Assembly: GCA_038231455.1 (NCBI GenBank)
Contig: JBBRLI010000001.1
Location: 320,001-384,000, forward strand
Direction: 5' to 3'
Length of the DNA: 64,000 nucleotides
DNA from: Vulcanimicrobiales bacterium
Lineage (GTDB): Bacteria > Vulcanimicrobiota > Vulcanimicrobiia > Vulcanimicrobiales > Vulcanimicrobiaceae
In this document: positions 40,001-49,475 of the stretch, one piece after another
Layout: each line of letters starts with the position of its first letter
How positions within the stretch are numbered: the stretch's first letter is position 1
Program-made: the position numbers and the translations under genes
Notes under the pieces: generated by a model
Database searches by the model: none
What the model saw: only the letters and a program-made list of their open reading frames with translations
What the model was told of the DNA's origin: nothing

Positions 40001-40288
40001 TTTGAAATCTGCTGCCGAGACGTGGATCCCGTAGACACCCGGCGCGACGCCGGCGAAGTCGATACTGCCGTCCTTGTTTGCTATCCCGTCATACACGCGG
40101 TCGTCACTAACGATTTTGACCAGCGCGCGCGGCACGGATTGCTTTGCAACGTCCTCGACGACGAGAACGTGAACGTTCCCACTCGCAAGGGCCATCGGGG
40201 CATCTGCGGCGTCGGCCCGCACGACTGAACTTAGCGCGAGGAGAACCGCGAGCGACCAGACCAGACATGCCGAGAAAACCGTGCGCAT
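37039..40288 (-). pseudogene. TonB-dependent-receptor-like outer membrane protein with C-terminal extension; apparent +1 frameshift near 37609
   Basis: Signal peptide, carboxypeptidase-regulatory-like domain (GVAPGVYGIHVSA), plug-like and beta-barrel-like strands ending PRTYGVTMRLALG. The tail continues in another frame (DCSRLHDD...KPKS). Real mutation versus sequence error is unresolved. Confidence 0.6.
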
Positions 40289-40402
40289 TACCCACCCGTA
40301 AGAACGTCTTGCAGCCATTTCTCTTAGAGATGCCGCGGAGCATGTCCGCTGTTGGTAACAGAGGCAAGCGGGAATGTCGCCCGCGCGAATGAAGCGCGCG
40401 AC

Positions 40403-41620
40403 ATGCGCTGTTTTGTCCTCGCACTGTTCCTTGCCTTAACGTGTCTCTCACCGGCAATCGCGATGCCGCTCCCGCCCGCCAAGGTCACGCTCGGTGATGA
40501 TGTCTTTCTTAAAGAGACCTGGCACGACCTGAAAGGGCGCTGCATTGGGATCGTTACCAATCAAAGCGGCGTAACGGGGCAGCAAGAGTCGATCGTTGAT
40601 GCGGTCCGGCGCAATCCCAATATCTGCGTGAAGGCGCTCTATTCGCCGGAGCACGGCTTGCGCGGCGATCAACCTGCGGGGGCTTACGTCGCTTCGTATA
40701 CCGATCCGCGCTCCGGATTACCCGTGTATAGTCTTTACGGGAAGACGCGGCATCCGAGCGCCGCGATGCTCGCCGGTGTGGACGTGCTCGTTTTCGATAT
40801 TCAGGACGTCGGTAATCGCGCGTATACGTACATCTCGACGATGGCGTACATCATGCAGTCGGCCAAAGAATTCGGCAAAGAAGTCTGGATCCTCGACCGG
40901 CCCAATCCCATCGGCGGCGAGCTCGTCGAAGGTCCGGTCCTCGATCCCAAATTCTCGTCGTTTATCGGTTTGTATCCGATTGCGATGCGTCACGGCATGA
41001 CCGTCGGTGAACTTGCAAAGTTGTTCAACGACCGCTTCGCGATCGGCGCGAACCTCCGCGTGATTGCGATGCGTGGCTGGAATCGCGGCATGACCTGGAG
41101 CGATACCGGCCTTTCATGGGTGCAGACCTCGCCGTACATCCCCGAGTGGGAAACGACGCTCGTCTATCCCGCAACGGGGTTAATCGACAACGCGGGCATC
41201 AACAACGGCACCGGTTTCACCAAGCCGTTCAAGCTCGCGGGCGCGTACGGCTTCGACGGCTATAAATATGCCGACTATCTCAACGCGCGCGCGATTCCCG
41301 GCGTGCATTTCCGGCCGGCATCGTGGTCGCCGATCTCGGGCTTTTGGGCCGGCAAGACGCTCTCCGGCGTCGAGCTAGTCGTCTTCGATCCGCACGCCTT
41401 CGAGAGCGTACGCACGGCCGTCGAATTGCTCGTCGCCGCACGCGCGCTCTCCCCGGGAATCATTCAAGTGAAGGAAACGCGCCCGCTCGACATCGATTGG
41501 GGCACCGATTCGCTGCGACTCGGTCTGCTACGCGGCGAGAGTGTTGAACAGATCGAAGCTGCATGGGAACCCGGCATCGCGGCATTCCGCGCGCTCCGCG
41601 CGAAGTATCTCTTGTACTAA
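40403..41620 (+). CDS. namZ: Exo-beta-N-acetylmuramidase NamZ (DUF1343)
   Basis: IVTNQSG, SPEHGLRG, YSLYG, FDIQDVGNRAYTY, LDRPNPIGG, RHGMTVGELA. Confidence 0.88.
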   Translation: MRCFVLALFLALTCLSPAIAMPLPPAKVTLGDDVFLKETWHDLKGRCIGIVTNQSGVTGQQESIVDAVRRNPNICVKALYSPEHGLRGDQPAGAYVASYTDPRSGLPVYSLYGKTRHPSAAMLAGVDVLVFDIQDVGNRAYTYISTMAYIMQSAKEFGKEVWILDRPNPIGGELVEGPVLDPKFSSFIGLYPIAMRHGMTVGELAKLFNDRFAIGANLRVIAMRGWNRGMTWSDTGLSWVQTSPYIPEWETTLVYPATGLIDNAGINNGTGFTKPFKLAGAYGFDGYKYADYLNARAIPGVHFRPASWSPISGFWAGKTLSGVELVVFDPHAFESVRTAVELLVAARALSPGIIQVKETRPLDIDWGTDSLRLGLLRGESVEQIEAAWEPGIAAFRALRAKYLLY

Positions 41621-41663
41621 GCTTTCCTGCGGGCACGGCGGCCGGTGCGTCGAATTGCTCGAC

Positions 41664-42749
41664 ATGCAACGTGTAGCACCCTACGCTCTCGCATACATCT
41701 ACGGGATCGCCGTCGTACTCGGCGTGATGTTTCGCGGCCCATTCGTTTGGCTGCCCGTTGTCCTGACGTTCGTTGTGATGCCGTTGCTCGATGCAATTGC
41801 CGGCGTTTCGCTGTGGAATCCCGATCCGGCCGACGAAACGCTCCTCGCGAACCAGCGCGCCTACCGGTATATCACCTGGGCGTGGGTCCCCTTCGAGGCG
41901 GCGGCGATCGGTTGGGCGCTCTGGGTGTGCCTCCAACCCGGCACGACGTGGCCCGAGCGCATTGGGCTGGCGATCGGCGTCGGATTGATGAATGGCGTCG
42001 TTGGGATCACCTATGCGCACGAATTGATCCACCAGTCGAACCGCTTCGAGCGGTTTCTCGGCGGCGTCTTGCTCGCGCTTGCGACGTACTCACACTTTCG
42101 GGTCGAGCACGTCTTCGGCCATCATCGGCACGTCGCAACGCCGGCGGATCCGGCGACGGCGCGTACGGGCGAAACGTTCTACGCGTTCTTCGCGCGCTCG
42201 GTGCCGGGCCAAGTCTTCTCGGCGTGGCAGATCGAAAGCGAACGCCTGCGACGACAAGGATCGATCATCGCGACACCACGCAACCGGATGCTGCAATATG
42301 GCTTACTCATGGTCGCCCTCTATGGCGCGATTTTTTCCACGACAAACGGGCTTGGTATCGCATTCTTCGCCGTGCAGAGTCTCGTCGCGTTCGGGAGTTT
42401 AGAGATCGTCAACTACATCGAACATTACGGCCTCATCCGCGCGCGTAAATCTGACGGCCGGTACGAAACCGTGCGACCCGCGCACTCTTGGAATACCGGA
42501 TTTCGCATGTCGAATTGGTTGCTGATTAATCTGGCCCGGCACTCGGACCATCACGCCCTCGCAAGTCGCCGATTCCAGATTCTGCGAACCTACGACAAAG
42601 CGGACGCGCCGGTGCTTCCGTTCGGCTACGCGACGATGTATCTTCTCGCGCTGACGCCGCCGCTCTGGTTTCGCGTGATGCAACCGCGACTACACGCATG
42701 GAAGGCGACGTCGGTCGGCACGACGCTCGCGCGCGCCGAATTGGCCTAA
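41664..42749 (+). CDS. alkB: Alkane 1-monooxygenase (AlkB family)
   Basis: His boxes HELIH, EHVFGHHRHV, NYIEHYGL, LARHSDHH; ATPADPATAR; TM helices. Confidence 0.92.
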   Translation: MQRVAPYALAYIYGIAVVLGVMFRGPFVWLPVVLTFVVMPLLDAIAGVSLWNPDPADETLLANQRAYRYITWAWVPFEAAAIGWALWVCLQPGTTWPERIGLAIGVGLMNGVVGITYAHELIHQSNRFERFLGGVLLALATYSHFRVEHVFGHHRHVATPADPATARTGETFYAFFARSVPGQVFSAWQIESERLRRQGSIIATPRNRMLQYGLLMVALYGAIFSTTNGLGIAFFAVQSLVAFGSLEIVNYIEHYGLIRARKSDGRYETVRPAHSWNTGFRMSNWLLINLARHSDHHALASRRFQILRTYDKADAPVLPFGYATMYLLALTPPLWFRVMQPRLHAWKATSVGTTLARAELA

Positions 42750-43255
42750 GACTCGCTTCGGTCGCGGAGTTCGCGCAGCTGTGCGAGATGCACGAAGCGC
42801 TGAATCTCTTCCCCGATGCGCGGGTCGAGTCCGAGAAACTGAATGCCCTGCATGAACTTGCGGCGGCGGACGTTCAAGAACGTGATCACGACCTTGCCTT
42901 TGATCGTCATTTCTTTGAACGTGGGCGGCGGCACCATGATTTTCTTCTTCCGCGGCCCCAAAGGCGTCGATTCTTCGATTTCTTTTTCGATCCGCAGCGA
43001 GCTGATGCGCTCGTTTGGGAGTGTGAAGCGGAACACGACTTCGGAGCCGTTCGGCAAATCTTCATCGCCGATCAACCGCAAACCGCCGGCGCTCAAATCG
43101 TCACCCTGCGCGCTGCGCGTCCCCGAACGACCGTTCAGCGTATACATCATCGTGAATTCGACCGACGCGCGAAAGCTGCCGCGCTTCTGACCACCCGGCG
43201 GCGGCGGCGGCGTTCTCTTACCAGCGGATTTTCGTGCACCACCGAAATTAAACAT
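42746..43255 (-). CDS. PilZ-domain c-di-GMP-binding protein
   Basis: QKRGSFR (RxxxR) and DLSAGG (DxSxxG) motifs; GIQFLGL. Confidence 0.85.
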   Translation of the reverse strand: MFNFGGARKSAGKRTPPPPPGGQKRGSFRASVEFTMMYTLNGRSGTRSAQGDDLSAGGLRLIGDEDLPNGSEVVFRFTLPNERISSLRIEKEIEESTPLGPRKKKIMVPPPTFKEMTIKGKVVITFLNVRRRKFMQGIQFLGLDPRIGEEIQRFVHLAQLRELRDRSES

Positions 43256-43307
43256 ACGTCCGCTTGCATTTCCAGGAAGATACGCGGCGCCCTTCGTAGG
43301 TGGCGGG

Positions 43308-44711
43308 ATGCCCGAACTCGCGGCACGCCTTCTCGCGGCGCTCGGCCCGGAGGCCGTCCGTTCGGCCCCCGAGGATCTCGCGGCCTATGCCTACGATGCG
43401 TACAGCGAGGACGGGATGCCGCTCGCTGCCGTGATCCCGCGCGATGCGCGTGAAACGGCGATCGCCGTGCGTATCGCGCGCGAATGCGGCGAACCGGTCG
43501 TACCGCGCGGTGCCGGGACCGGGCTCTGCGGCGGCGCGATCCCCGCACGCGGCGGTCTTGTGATTTCGTTTGCGCGGATGAACCGGATTTTGGAGCTCGA
43601 CGTTCGCAACCGTCGCGCGCGCGTGCAGCCCGGTCTCATCAATCTTGACCTCTCGCGTGCGATCGCGCGACACGGCATCTTTTATGCGCCCGATCCCTCA
43701 AGTCAAAAGATTTCGACGATCGGCGGAAACGTCGGCACGAACGCCGGCGGTCCACATTGCCTCTCCTACGGCACGACGACGAACCACGTACTCGCGATCG
43801 AATACGTCGACGATGCGGGTGAGGTTCACACCACCTCCATCGACGATGTCGGTTACGATCTCACCGGCGCGCTTGTCGGCAGTGAGGGCACGCTCGGCGT
43901 CATCACCGCGGTCGACGTGCGGTTGATGAAACTGCCCGAAGCCGTGCGCGTGTGCGTGGCCGCATTCCCCGATGTCGAGAGCGCATCCGAGGCCGTCTCC
44001 GCAATCATCGGCGCGGGCATCGTCCCCACGGCCCTCGAGATCATGGATAAACTGATCGTTAGCGCCGTCGAAGCGCACTACCATGCGGGCTATCCGACTG
44101 ACAGCGGCGCCGTGCTGCTCGTTGAAGTCGCCGGAGCCGTCGATGACATGGACGCAAACGAAGCGGCAATTGCGAAAATCGCCAAGTCCCACGGTGCGGT
44201 GTCTTGGCGTGCGGCCCGCGATGCAGCCGAGCGCGACGCGCTCTGGGCCTCGCGCAAAGGCGCCGCGGGCGCGATGGGACGGATCGCGCCGAACTACTAC
44301 ATTCAAGACGCTTGTGTCCCGCGAACAAAATTGCCACAAGTCATGAATGCGATCGACGCGATCTCTGCCGAATATCAGATTCCCGTCGGCAACGTGTTCC
44401 ATGCAGGCGATGGCAACTTGCATCCACTGCTGATCTTCGACCGGCGCGACAAACGCCAAGTCGGCGCGGTCGTCGAAGCTGGGACCGCGATCTTGAAAAC
44501 GTGCGTTGAAATGGGTGGCACGATTTCGGGCGAGCACGGGATCGGCTACGAGAAGCGCGAGACGCTCTCGATGGTCTTCTCGACCGATGACCTCGCGACG
44601 ATGGGACGCGTGCGCGATGTGTTCGATCCGGCACGTCTTTTTAATCCCGATAAGATCTTCCCGAGCGGCGCCGTGTGCGGCGAAGTCGCGCAACCGCCGA
44701 GCGCGGCGTGA
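43308..44711 (+). CDS. glcD: FAD-linked oxidase, second GlcD paralog
   Basis: PRGAGTGLCGG, PDPSSQ, NAGGPHCLSYG, HAGDGNLHP, GEHGIG. Confidence 0.85.
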   Translation: MPELAARLLAALGPEAVRSAPEDLAAYAYDAYSEDGMPLAAVIPRDARETAIAVRIARECGEPVVPRGAGTGLCGGAIPARGGLVISFARMNRILELDVRNRRARVQPGLINLDLSRAIARHGIFYAPDPSSQKISTIGGNVGTNAGGPHCLSYGTTTNHVLAIEYVDDAGEVHTTSIDDVGYDLTGALVGSEGTLGVITAVDVRLMKLPEAVRVCVAAFPDVESASEAVSAIIGAGIVPTALEIMDKLIVSAVEAHYHAGYPTDSGAVLLVEVAGAVDDMDANEAAIAKIAKSHGAVSWRAARDAAERDALWASRKGAAGAMGRIAPNYYIQDACVPRTKLPQVMNAIDAISAEYQIPVGNVFHAGDGNLHPLLIFDRRDKRQVGAVVEAGTAILKTCVEMGGTISGEHGIGYEKRETLSMVFSTDDLATMGRVRDVFDPARLFNPDKIFPSGAVCGEVAQPPSAA

Positions 44712-46006
44712 TCGACACGCCGCCGCTGCGTTTCGAGGATTTAGCGCTCGATCGTCAACGCGTTGATGAATTCGGACTCGGCGGCCGCACGCCCGCGATC
44801 GCTGTTGCCCCGCACGATACGCGTGCGCTCATTGCGCTGCAACAGCGTGCTAATGAAGCCGGCCTTGGTGTTGTCGTGTTCGGCGGCGCTACGTTGCAGT
44901 CGATCGGCAATGCACCCACGCGGTACGACCTTGCCATCTCGCTTGCCCGTCTCACGCGCGTGCTCGACTACGAACCGCGCGATCTCACGATTGCCGTCGA
45001 AGCCGGAATCACGCTTGCGACGCTTGCCGGGCGCCTTGCCGAGCACGGGCAGTTCGTGCCGCTTGACGCGCCGCGTGCGGCGACGGCGACCGTCGGCGGA
45101 ACACTTGCTGCAGGGTGGCGCGGTCCGCGTCGGACGACCTACGGCACCGCGCGCGATTTCGTGATCGGCACCGAAGCAATTCTCGCCGACGGAACGCACG
45201 CGCACGCCGGAGGGATGGTCGTCAAAAACGTCACGGGTTACGATGTCGGCAAACTCTACCTTGGCTCGCTCGGAACGCTCGGCACCCTTGTGCGTGTGAA
45301 CTTCAAATGTTTACCTCTGCCGCCGGTCCGGCGCATCGCAATCGCTCCGCTCGCTGACGAACATCGCGACCGCGCGCTCGCGCACTTGGCCTCACTTGCA
45401 ATCGAGCCCACCTGTGCGCTGCTGATGCGCGGGTTCGATGCCGCAACCCCCGACGTCAAGAGCGATGATCCGCGACTCGTCGTGCTCTTCGAAGGCAGCG
45501 ATGCCGTCGTCGAACGAGCTACGCGCGATTTACGTTCGGCACTCGGCGCCGCCGGCGTCGCCTCGACGACGATCGTCGACCGCAATCCCGAGCACGCCTT
45601 TGCGCGCGTTCTCGATGCGTACACCGATACGCTGGTCGGACGTTCGATTACGTTTCGTTCCACCGGTTTGCCTTCGACCGTCCTCGAGCGTTTCGAGCGC
45701 GTCGATCGCTTAGCGCGCGACTTCGTGCTGCGGCTCGACGCAATCGTCGATCTTCGCTCGGGCGATCTCACGCTACGCTTTCTTGCGCCAAAAAAGAACG
45801 CGTTCACCCAAATCGCCGCGACGCTCGCAAGCGATCTGCGCACCATCCTCGATCCATGCACGATCCTTGCGGGCGATCCAGCGGCGCGCAGCGGTATCGA
45901 TGCGTGGGGCACCGAGCCCGCGTCTATTGGAACGATGCGCTCGCTCAAAACGCGATTCGACGAGCGCGCGACGCTCGCACCGGGGCGGTTCGTCGGTGGC
46001 ATCTAG
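44708..46006 (+). CDS. glcE: FAD-binding oxidoreductase, second GlcE paralog
   Basis: GGMVVKNVTGYDVGKLYLGSLGTLG; LKTRFD...LAPGRFVGG; GTGA overlap with the upstream stop. Confidence 0.8.
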   Translation: MIDTPPLRFEDLALDRQRVDEFGLGGRTPAIAVAPHDTRALIALQQRANEAGLGVVVFGGATLQSIGNAPTRYDLAISLARLTRVLDYEPRDLTIAVEAGITLATLAGRLAEHGQFVPLDAPRAATATVGGTLAAGWRGPRRTTYGTARDFVIGTEAILADGTHAHAGGMVVKNVTGYDVGKLYLGSLGTLGTLVRVNFKCLPLPPVRRIAIAPLADEHRDRALAHLASLAIEPTCALLMRGFDAATPDVKSDDPRLVVLFEGSDAVVERATRDLRSALGAAGVASTTIVDRNPEHAFARVLDAYTDTLVGRSITFRSTGLPSTVLERFERVDRLARDFVLRLDAIVDLRSGDLTLRFLAPKKNAFTQIAATLASDLRTILDPCTILAGDPAARSGIDAWGTEPASIGTMRSLKTRFDERATLAPGRFVGGI

Positions 46007-47087
46007 CGCAGCGATCATCCGGCGCGATTTGATGCGCACCGTTGGGAACGTCTTACGCACGCCAACGCGCTTTCGCAGGCTCCTGCGTTTAGGGCCCGCC
46101 GGACTGCTGCGCATGGCGCGTTTCCTCGGAAAAATCGTGCCGCACGCATCGCGCGAACTAGCGACAATCCGTTCGCGCGCAGCGTTGATCCCCGATCCCG
46201 CGCTGCGCGAGCAGGCTCTGGCTTCGATCGATTACAAGGCGTATCACGTGCAGGGCGGCTGCATCCTTGCGACGTTCTTACCGACATTTGCGGCGCGCCG
46301 CTACGTCGCGATCATCGCGCCGCTCGAGACGATTTACGACTATCTCGATAATTTGTGCGACCGGCTACCGGGTGTCGAAGAGCGCGCCTACGGCACGTTG
46401 CACGAAGCCCTGCTCGACGCGCTCGACGATCGTCGCCCGCTCACGAATTACTATCGCGAAGGCCCGCTCCGCGACGACGGTGGTTATCTTGCGTGGCTCG
46501 TCGATTCGGTGCGGCGCGGAATCGCAGCGTTGCCACATCACGATTCCGTGCGCGCGCAACTGGTCGACGTGGCGCAATTCTACGCGGAACTCCAAACGTA
46601 CAAACATGCTATGGCCGAACGCCGGGAGGACGTGTGCCGCGACTGGTACGAACGCAATCGCGAGCGTTTCCCGGGCATGTACTGGTGGGAATTTGCGGCG
46701 GCGTGCGGCAGTTCGCTCCCGGTCTTTGCGCTCTTGTTCTTGGCCTCGCACGAAACGGTCGATCCGCGCGAAGTGGCGCGGACGCTCGATGCCTATTTCC
46801 CGAACGTCTCCGCAGTGCACATTCTGCTCGACTATTTCATCGATCAGGCCGAAGATCAAGAACATCGCGAACTGAACTTCGTCGCGTGTTACGCAACCAG
46901 TGCCGAGGCAGTCGAGCGCGTGCGTCGGCTCGTCGCAACGACCGCCACGAGCCTGCGGACACTCGCCGACGCCGACTGGCACGAATTCTTGCTTCAGGCG
47001 ATGTGCCTGTTCTATCTCACGCACCCCAAGGTGTTCGAACAGCGACTCGAAGGCGAGAGTGCCGAACTCCTCGCGGCACTTGGCTAG
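45996..47087 (+). CDS. ytpB: Tetraprenyl-beta-curcumene synthase family (DUF2600/YtpB) terpene cyclase; start 45996 or 46032
   Basis: KAYHVQGG, TIYDYLDNLCDR, DGGYL, WWEFAAACGS, HILLDYFIDQAED...LNF. Confidence 0.85.
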   Translation: MASSAAIIRRDLMRTVGNVLRTPTRFRRLLRLGPAGLLRMARFLGKIVPHASRELATIRSRAALIPDPALREQALASIDYKAYHVQGGCILATFLPTFAARRYVAIIAPLETIYDYLDNLCDRLPGVEERAYGTLHEALLDALDDRRPLTNYYREGPLRDDGGYLAWLVDSVRRGIAALPHHDSVRAQLVDVAQFYAELQTYKHAMAERREDVCRDWYERNRERFPGMYWWEFAAACGSSLPVFALLFLASHETVDPREVARTLDAYFPNVSAVHILLDYFIDQAEDQEHRELNFVACYATSAEAVERVRRLVATTATSLRTLADADWHEFLLQAMCLFYLTHPKVFEQRLEGESAELLAALG

Positions 47088-47347
47088 ATGCGGCTGGGGC
47101 CGTCCTTCACGAACGCAAGATAGTCCATCACGCCGAAAGCAAGAAAGATCACGTTCGCGATTACCGTCGCAACGCCGACGGTTTCGTGCCACCACGTGCC
47201 GGTCGAAGTTGCAAATAGCAGCGCGCAACCGAAGAGCGCGATCAAGACGATGCGCGTCGAGAGTCGGAGCATCGCGTTTTTTCCGGCAAGCAAGTAACCG
47301 AACGCAAAACAAAAGAGAAAAACGTAGAGGTTGTTCAGGGAACCCAT
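47084..47347 (-). CDS. Small membrane protein (3 predicted TM segments)
   Basis: Three hydrophobic stretches; fills the gap; 4-nt stop overlap with ytpB. Confidence 0.65.
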   Translation of the reverse strand: MGSLNNLYVFLFCFAFGYLLAGKNAMLRLSTRIVLIALFGCALLFATSTGTWWHETVGVATVIANVIFLAFGVMDYLAFVKDGPSRI

Positions 47348-47424
47348 ATGCAGCATATCGACAAATCAGCGGCAAACTTTCGCCGCTTGCTCATTCCATT
47401 TGCCAAGTGATGGTTAAACAGCAA

Positions 47425-48210
47425 CTAGAAAGCGAACGATAGCCCGGCGTTGCTTAGAACACCCTGGTAGTAGCCGCGCGCTTTCTCGGTGAACTCGCCC
47501 GGCTTGAGGCCCATCGCTTCGAGCACGTCGGGAATCTCCGCGATCGCCTTGCTCGCGTGGCCCCACATCTCGCCGAAAATATCTTCGGCATGCGCGGCAT
47601 CGATCTCATCGCGCTCCACCATTCGCATGAGCCGCCGTTCGCCGAAGCGCACGTGGTGCCGTTCGTCCTCGAGGACGAAGTCCATAAATTTGGCGATCTC
47701 ATCGGAGTTGGCGCGCATATCCATGCAGCCGTACTCGAGCAAGCAGATGGCCAGTCCCTCGACGACGAGATTGTTGCCGATAAGCGCGCCCAAGAAATCA
47801 CCGCGTTCGATCGCGCGTTCGATCGTCGTACGGAATTTATTGAAGTTGGGTGAAACGTAGCGCGCGAGTTTGTCGTCGCCGAGACCGAATTGTGCGAGTT
47901 TGGTGCGGAAGTGTGAGAGATGCGCACGTTCTTCGTCGGCCTGCACGAGCAGATACTTGCGCGCCGCCTCGTCGGGTGCGATTTTCGCAAGTTCCGTCGA
48001 ACAGTAGAGCGAGATTTCTTCGCCCGACACAAAATGCGCGAAGCAGCGCTGGAAGAGTTCGGCTGAGGCCGGCATGATCTTCACCGGCGCGAGCGCCCGC
48101 ACGAGGTCGATCCCGGTGAGGTCATCGAGCGCAAAGATGAACTTCAACATCGCCGGCTTCCGAAAGGCCGGGTCGATGATCATTTTCGCGAGCCGGTTCT
48201 TTAAGGCCAT
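47425..48210 (-). CDS. Ferritin-like diiron protein, resembling aldehyde-deformylating oxygenase
   Basis: Ligand pattern SGEE...EERAH...VEGLA...EDERHH. Start set at MALKNRL. Confidence 0.75.
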   Translation of the reverse strand: MALKNRLAKMIIDPAFRKPAMLKFIFALDDLTGIDLVRALAPVKIMPASAELFQRCFAHFVSGEEISLYCSTELAKIAPDEAARKYLLVQADEERAHLSHFRTKLAQFGLGDDKLARYVSPNFNKFRTTIERAIERGDFLGALIGNNLVVEGLAICLLEYGCMDMRANSDEIAKFMDFVLEDERHHVRFGERRLMRMVERDEIDAAHAEDIFGEMWGHASKAIAEIPDVLEAMGLKPGEFTEKARGYYQGVLSNAGLSFAF

Positions 48211-48280
48211 AGTCGTCCCATCTGCGCGCGTACGCTCCTTGGAGTATCCCCCCGGCGCGCCCGGCGCACGGTGAGGGCCG

Positions 48281-49429
48281 TCACCACGTGCGAGCGATCC
48301 CGACCAGGAACGACGCGACGCTCTCCTTGCGAAAGAATCCCTCACTCGAGAGATGCTGGGCGAGGGCCGGACGCGTCGCCGCGCGCTGCGACAGCGGATC
48401 GACAACATAGCGGAAGACCGCCCGCATGCGGCGTGAGGCCCGGGCATTGGCATCGAAGGCCCCGAGGGTGCGGCGATAGCTGCGAGCGGCCGCCGACACG
48501 TCGCCGTGGGCATCGATGAGGGCGCGGGCCGCGGCGCTGCCTCAGGTCATCGACTGCGCAATCCCCTCGGCGGAGAACGGGTCGGCGACACCCGCCGCAT
48601 CGCCGGCGGCAAAGATCGCTCCGCTCGTGCGGCGGCTGCGGCCGGTCGGGATCACGCCGCCCGAAATGCGCTCGACGGTTGGGTGTGGTCCGAGTGACTC
48701 CTGCGCAAAAGGGCTCTCGCGTAACCAGCGCTCGAGGACGCCGCGCAAATCGGGGTCGCGCCGCGAGAAATCGCTGTCGACGAGAATCCCGACGTTCGCG
48801 TAGCGCGCATCGAGCGGAAAGATCCACGCATAGCCCGGGACGACCGCGCGGTCGAAGTGCAAGCCAAACGACGGTTCCAAATCGCGGTCGGCGCGAACGT
48901 AGCCTCGCAAGGCCACCAGGCGCGAACGGTGCTTACCGAATCCGGCCGCGGCGGCAAGTCCACCCGTCGCGCCCTCGGCAAGAACCACCGCATCGGCATC
49001 GGTGATGGCGTCGGTCGCAGACCCCAGCCGTCGCGCCGTGATGCGCGCACCGTCCTCCAGCAGCCCGATCGCGCGAACGGTCGTGCTGGGTTCGAACTGC
49101 GCGCCCGCCGCGATCGCGGCTTGAACGAGGCGATTATCGAAGTCGCGCCGCTCGACGATCGCACCCCACGGCAATTCGGCGGGCCAACCGCCGCGAAAGA
49201 CCACCCGCGAGGGCGCACTCATCGTCCCGAAGGCTAGAGGAACGCGGTCGGTGAGATCGACCCCAAGGCCCGCCGCGACCCGAACGCCATCGGGCGAGAT
49301 CCCATCGCCGCAGGTTTTTGCTCGCGGCCACGTGCTGCGCTCGATGAGACGCACCTCGGCACCCGCCCGCGCGAGTTCGATTGCAGCACTGCTTCCGGCG
49401 GGCCCGGCTCCCACGACGACGACACGCAT
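48281..49429 (-). CDS. Geranylgeranyl reductase family protein with in-frame TGA at 48542-48544 (pseudogene, read-through or error)
   Basis: VVVVGAGPAG, RAKTCGDG, GYAWIFP, ANVG, AGDAAG...DPFSAEGIAQSMT*GSAAARAL...; the frame continues about 86 codons to the 48281 stop. Confidence 0.8.
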
Positions 49430-49475
49430 GTGACCGACGTTTCGAGGTGGCGCGCATTTTCCCGCGAAGGCGTTT

